DNA of 32,252 nucleotides from an uncultured Ignavibacteriales bacterium (GTDB lineage Bacteria; Zixibacteria; MSB-5A5; GN15; FEB-12): NCBI GenBank assembly GCA_964464605.1, contig CAYXJN010000007.1, positions 186,001 to 218,252 of the forward strand, read 5' to 3'. Shown piece by piece: positions 28,703 to 32,252 of this stretch (position 1 is its first letter; each line of letters starts with the position of its first letter). The notes under the pieces were generated by a model. It saw only the letters and a program-made list of their open reading frames with translations, ran no database searches and was not told where the DNA came from. The position numbers and the translations under genes were made by a program.

Positions 28703-30346
28703 TTACTTATTGAGTTGGGTACGAAGTGAGTCGAGTACTGCTTCTTTTCCGACAATCGCCTCTTTTCTGACAAAATCACCAGAAACACGAGTCGCCTTAT
28801 ACGCCCGCTGTACATACGCATCAATACTCTGTTCAATCGGCTCATAATCTCGTTTAAAACGCGGATCATCATCGAATGTCGAAACCGCGGTGAAATAACC
28901 ATGAGTATGAATAAAGGTCGGCTTGAGAGTATCAAAAATATAATTATGAAAATGCGATTGATCACGACCACGCGTCGTGGCAATAGTTTTATCGCATAAC
29001 CCGCCCAGATCATAGACTTTCAGTTTCGAATGCATCAGCGTTCCGCCGATATCCGGAAGCAGCAATGAAGCAGAATCCAATTCAAATGCATCAGCATATT
29101 CGTTGAAGGGTTTAGCGAAGCGCTCGACTACCGTAAAGTAACTGGTCGGCGGCTGTGCACAGAATGTATTCAAGCGTGTACTATTTTCTTTCCAAACCGC
29201 AACGAGTACCAAACCAGCAACGCACCAGCCGATGATAGATCGCAGTTTTGATGCGTTAACAAGATGCAAAAGCATCTGATAAAGCAAAACCCCTATGCAC
29301 AGATACGCCATCGGATAGACTGCTGTTCCGAAACGATATTCCCCCATCCAGTCTTGCGTCATTAGCAGGTAGGTATAACAGGTAATAAAAAAAGTAAGCA
29401 GAAGAACGAGAATATCTGTTCTTCGCTTTTTATTGAGAAACGAGAGCGTGAAAAGTACGACAATACAAACAGGAAGCAGAATCCATCCTTTGCTTCCGAA
29501 AAATGTCGCGCTGAATTCCTGGAATTTTTTTAGGTATTCGCCGCGAAGCGTGAGCGCTAATAATGCTTTTTCGCTGTCAGGACCACCTTTTACATAGTAT
29601 GTATTCGGATACCAATCTCCGAAATAAAGAACGCGAAAGAGCAAGTATCCGCCAAATACCGCCGTAAATGAAGCGGTGAACGCACCGACTACACGTACGA
29701 CATCTTTCCATGTAATGATGCGCTCTAGCAACCACCAACCAAGAATCGCGATTGGGAAAATGGTGAACAACAACACCCCCTCAGGGCGAGTCAACGCAAT
29801 AGATGCAGACAGCAAACCGGCTAATAATCCATAGTTTGTACGATTAGTTTCTTTTATCTGTGCAAATCGAAGCGATACCAAAAGCAGCGCAAGTACGTAT
29901 GCGAGATACAAAGGATTTTCCAATCCTGATAAACCCCAAATAATAACCGGTGTCGAACATGCAAACCCCAACACTACTACTGCTGCTGCCCAGTATGTGT
30001 GTTCGGTAAAGTGGTTACTAATTTTTAACGTCAAAAAGAATGAAAGTAAAATGAGCAGTATCGAAACCCCTTTCGTAACAATCAACGGATCGAAAAACCC
30101 AACAACGAAAAACGGAACGAATAAAAATGTCCACAGTGGGTTGGAGATGCCCTCTACCGGCTGCGCACCTTGCTGATGCACCATCCCGTATCCTTCAGCA
30201 ATATTGCGTGCATAAGCAAGGCTAATACCGGCATCATCGATGAGCCAGACTCGCAGTGGCCAAGCAAGAAAACAAAAAGCTGCAATCGCGACGACGATAA
30301 GTGTGAGGTCGAAAATACTGAATCGTTTGGAAAGATTCACCAACAC
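28703..30346 (-). CDS. GT-C fold membrane glycosyltransferase, AftB-like
   Basis: IDDAGISLAYARN..GYG, VEGISNPLW, SGLEN, TRPEG, PNTYYVK, DWMGEYRF and DLGGLCD. Confidence 0.75.
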   Translation of the reverse strand: MLVNLSKRFSIFDLTLIVVAIAAFCFLAWPLRVWLIDDAGISLAYARNIAEGYGMVHQQGAQPVEGISNPLWTFLFVPFFVVGFFDPLIVTKGVSILLILLSFFLTLKISNHFTEHTYWAAAVVVLGFACSTPVIIWGLSGLENPLYLAYVLALLLVSLRFAQIKETNRTNYGLLAGLLSASIALTRPEGVLLFTIFPIAILGWWLLERIITWKDVVRVVGAFTASFTAVFGGYLLFRVLYFGDWYPNTYYVKGGPDSEKALLALTLRGEYLKKFQEFSATFFGSKGWILLPVCIVVLFTLSFLNKKRRTDILVLLLTFFITCYTYLLMTQDWMGEYRFGTAVYPMAYLCIGVLLYQMLLHLVNASKLRSIIGWCVAGLVLVAVWKENSTRLNTFCAQPPTSYFTVVERFAKPFNEYADAFELDSASLLLPDIGGTLMHSKLKVYDLGGLCDKTIATTRGRDQSHFHNYIFDTLKPTFIHTHGYFTAVSTFDDDPRFKRDYEPIEQSIDAYVQRAYKATRVSGDFVRKEAIVGKEAVLDSLRTQLNK

Positions 30347-30435
30347 ATGCCTTTACCTGCGTTTCCCTGAAACATTGTGGGTACAAAGGAAGATTACCTT
30401 ATAGATTGAGTCAAGCCAATACTCAAGAGCCTGAC

Positions 30436-30464
30436 TTGACAGTGTTTAGGAATCCGCTGACATT
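30436..30464 (+). promoter_or_regulatory. putative sigma70 promoter, leaderless
   Basis: TTGACA-17 nt-GACATT, 7 nt before ATG 30472. The -10 is weak. Confidence 0.4.
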
Positions 30465-30471
30465 TATGGTA

Positions 30472-30660
30472 ATGGAACACCATTACCTCTGCCCTTACTG
30501 CTGGCAGGAGAATGACATTTTTCTTTACCCGGATGATGGGGAACGGCAGCAGACAGTTGTCGATTGTCGGGTTTGTTGCCAACCGGCAACTATTGATGCC
30601 GGTTGGAATCCGGTTATTCAGGCATTTGAGCTTTCGGTTGAGCGGGAGGCCGGCGAATAA
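30472..30660 (+). CDS. CPXCG-motif small cysteine-rich protein
   Basis: CPYCWQ...DCRVCCQP; ends 2 nt before the next gene. Confidence 0.8.
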   Translation: MEHHYLCPYCWQENDIFLYPDDGERQQTVVDCRVCCQPATIDAGWNPVIQAFELSVEREAGE

Positions 30661-30662
30661 TT

Positions 30663-32075
30663 ATGCGAATCGACTGGAAAACGGAAGCTGCCTTGTTCTT
30701 GGGAGCGGTAATCGTTCGGTTCATTTTTTATTCGTTTACCGGATTTACAGCTGATGACGCTTTTATCACCTATCGGTATGCTGAAAATATTCTCGCGGGG
30801 AATGGATTTGTTTACAATATCGGAGATAAGGTGCTGGGAACATCGACTCCACTCTTTACCTTTCTTTTAGCAACACTCGATATTTTACCCGGCACAGTGC
30901 AAAGCTGGGCGCTGCTGATTTCACTTATTGCCTCAGGAACAATCTCTGTCATTCTCTATCGTTTTGCGCAATCACTCAGATTCGCTCACTTTGCAGCATT
31001 GCCAGCCGTGTTATATATCTGCTGGCCCCGTTCTTTACCCGCCGACATCAGCGGTATGGAAACCGCTTTTTTCACCCTTTTGATAACAGCCGCCCTTTAC
31101 GCCCAACAAAAGCAACAACGCCACTGGGCAATCGGGCTGGCAGCGTTTGCAACATTAACGCGCATAGAAGGAGTTTTACTGCTTGTTCTGTTAACTGCAC
31201 TGAACGTTTACCAGAACCGGTCGCAAGCCTACTCGTATATCGCTTCTCCCCTTCTCTTGTTTGTCCCATGGATGCTCTTTGCATGGTCTTACTTTGGTTC
31301 TTTTATTCCTCATTCGATACCGGCGAAACTGGCACTGTATGCACACTTCGGTTCATCACCCTGGTATACCAATCTTATTGAACTCTTATGGCTCAACACA
31401 CCCGTTGGCTGGTTATTGCTAATAGCATCGATTATTGGCCTTCGATGGCTTTTGCGAACGCAGAACACCGGGCGATTAGCAACCATTTGGTTAGTAATTT
31501 TTTTCGCATTTTTTACGTTCAGTAATACACATCTTTTCTTTTGGTATGTTGCACCGATCTATCCGATTTATCTGCTGATCGCATCTGCCGCAGCCCCTTT
31601 TTTTGCAAGCCGATACGCTTGTTCTCCCAATACCCAAAAGAAACTGTCATTAGTCGCGATTATCCTGTCCGGGTTACTACTTTTAGCTGCCGATCATTTT
31701 CCGGCCACGAGTTATCAAGCGCAGGCTACTGCACTGAGTCAGCAGCATGCGTTAATCGGTCATTATCTTCGCACACATGCCAAAGATACCGATATCGTTG
31801 CGGCAGAGGATATCGGCTATATCGGATACATCTCCAAACTGAGAATTATCGACCGGGATGGATTAGTTTCGCCGGAAGTAGTACCCTATAACCGGATCGG
31901 CGATTACAAAGGAGTGGTTGTTGCCTTTCAACCGGACTGGGTTGTGGCCGCCCAAAACAGTCCGATTAGCGGGTTTATCAATGATATGGATTTTACTGCA
32001 AAATACGCGCTAACCGAGCGGTTTTCAGCGGCTAATCAAAGCGACTACCTGCTCTTTAAACGAATTGTCCCGTAA
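30663..32075 (+). CDS. GT-C fold membrane glycosyltransferase, AftB/ArnT-like
   Basis: ADDAFITYRYAEN..GNGFVYN.G.KVLGTSTPL, SGMET, TRIEG, DIGYIGY and DRDGLVSP. Confidence 0.75.
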   Translation: MRIDWKTEAALFLGAVIVRFIFYSFTGFTADDAFITYRYAENILAGNGFVYNIGDKVLGTSTPLFTFLLATLDILPGTVQSWALLISLIASGTISVILYRFAQSLRFAHFAALPAVLYICWPRSLPADISGMETAFFTLLITAALYAQQKQQRHWAIGLAAFATLTRIEGVLLLVLLTALNVYQNRSQAYSYIASPLLLFVPWMLFAWSYFGSFIPHSIPAKLALYAHFGSSPWYTNLIELLWLNTPVGWLLLIASIIGLRWLLRTQNTGRLATIWLVIFFAFFTFSNTHLFFWYVAPIYPIYLLIASAAAPFFASRYACSPNTQKKLSLVAIILSGLLLLAADHFPATSYQAQATALSQQHALIGHYLRTHAKDTDIVAAEDIGYIGYISKLRIIDRDGLVSPEVVPYNRIGDYKGVVVAFQPDWVVAAQNSPISGFINDMDFTAKYALTERFSAANQSDYLLFKRIVP

Positions 32076-32180
32076 AGATATAGCTGACTATTCTTAGGCC
32101 GGAAAATGCCGATAGAATAGGAAATTGCTATTGACTTTGCCGGAAAATCCGAGCAAATTTGCGATTCTGTTTTTACACAC

Positions 32181-32252
32181 TCCCGAGTAGCTCAGTCGGT
32201 AGAGCAGCTGACTGTTAATCAGCGGGTCGCAGGTTCGAGTCCTGCCTCGGGA
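32181..32252 (+). tRNA. tRNA-Asn (GTT); discriminator/CCA lies beyond the window
   Basis: Acceptor TCCCGAG/CTCGGGA, D arm GCTCAGTCGGTAGAGC, anticodon arm GCTGA-CTGTTAA-TCAGC and T arm GCAGG-TTCGAGT-CCTGC. Confidence 0.97.

Noticed and set aside
32181..32252. tRNA-Asn as the attachment site of an island covering this window
   Set aside because: No duplicate of the tRNA 3' end or integrase was seen, upstream genes are mostly core, and any island would lie beyond the tRNA 3' end outside the window.

Overview
This is a mostly core-chromosomal window from a diderm (LPS-producing, kdsB-bearing) bacterium; the lineage cannot be fixed from sequence alone. Housekeeping genes are pyrG (truncated), kdsB, gatC, mltG, ruvX/yqgF, a DsbD-type disulfide reductase with a redoxin, yajQ, dus, groES-groEL (with CIRCE, promoter and terminator), eno and tRNA-Asn(GTT) at the window end. 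Several unusual accessory loci are interspersed. (1) A degenerate PAS/histidine-kinase-like protein is paired with an NtrC-type sigma54 activator whose receiver lacks the phospho-Asp and Lys, behind a sigma28-like promoter. (2) A lone AT-rich GHKL-ATPase + PD-(D/E)xK nuclease gene is a candidate single-gene defence system. (3) Two tandem lipoproteins carry a ZU5-like domain ending in an HFS autoproteolysis motif followed by a near-identical C-terminal peptide, under a sigma54 + IHF promoter. (4) There is a cluster of REP-like palindromic direct repeats. (5) A secreted ankyrin gene is split at an A8 run. (6) A secreted LIM + DA1-like protein has lost its HExxH motif. (7) Three paralogous GT-C (AftB-like) membrane glycosyltransferases lie together. 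Several genes appear to be leaderless. All protein family calls come from motif recognition by eye; no searches were run.
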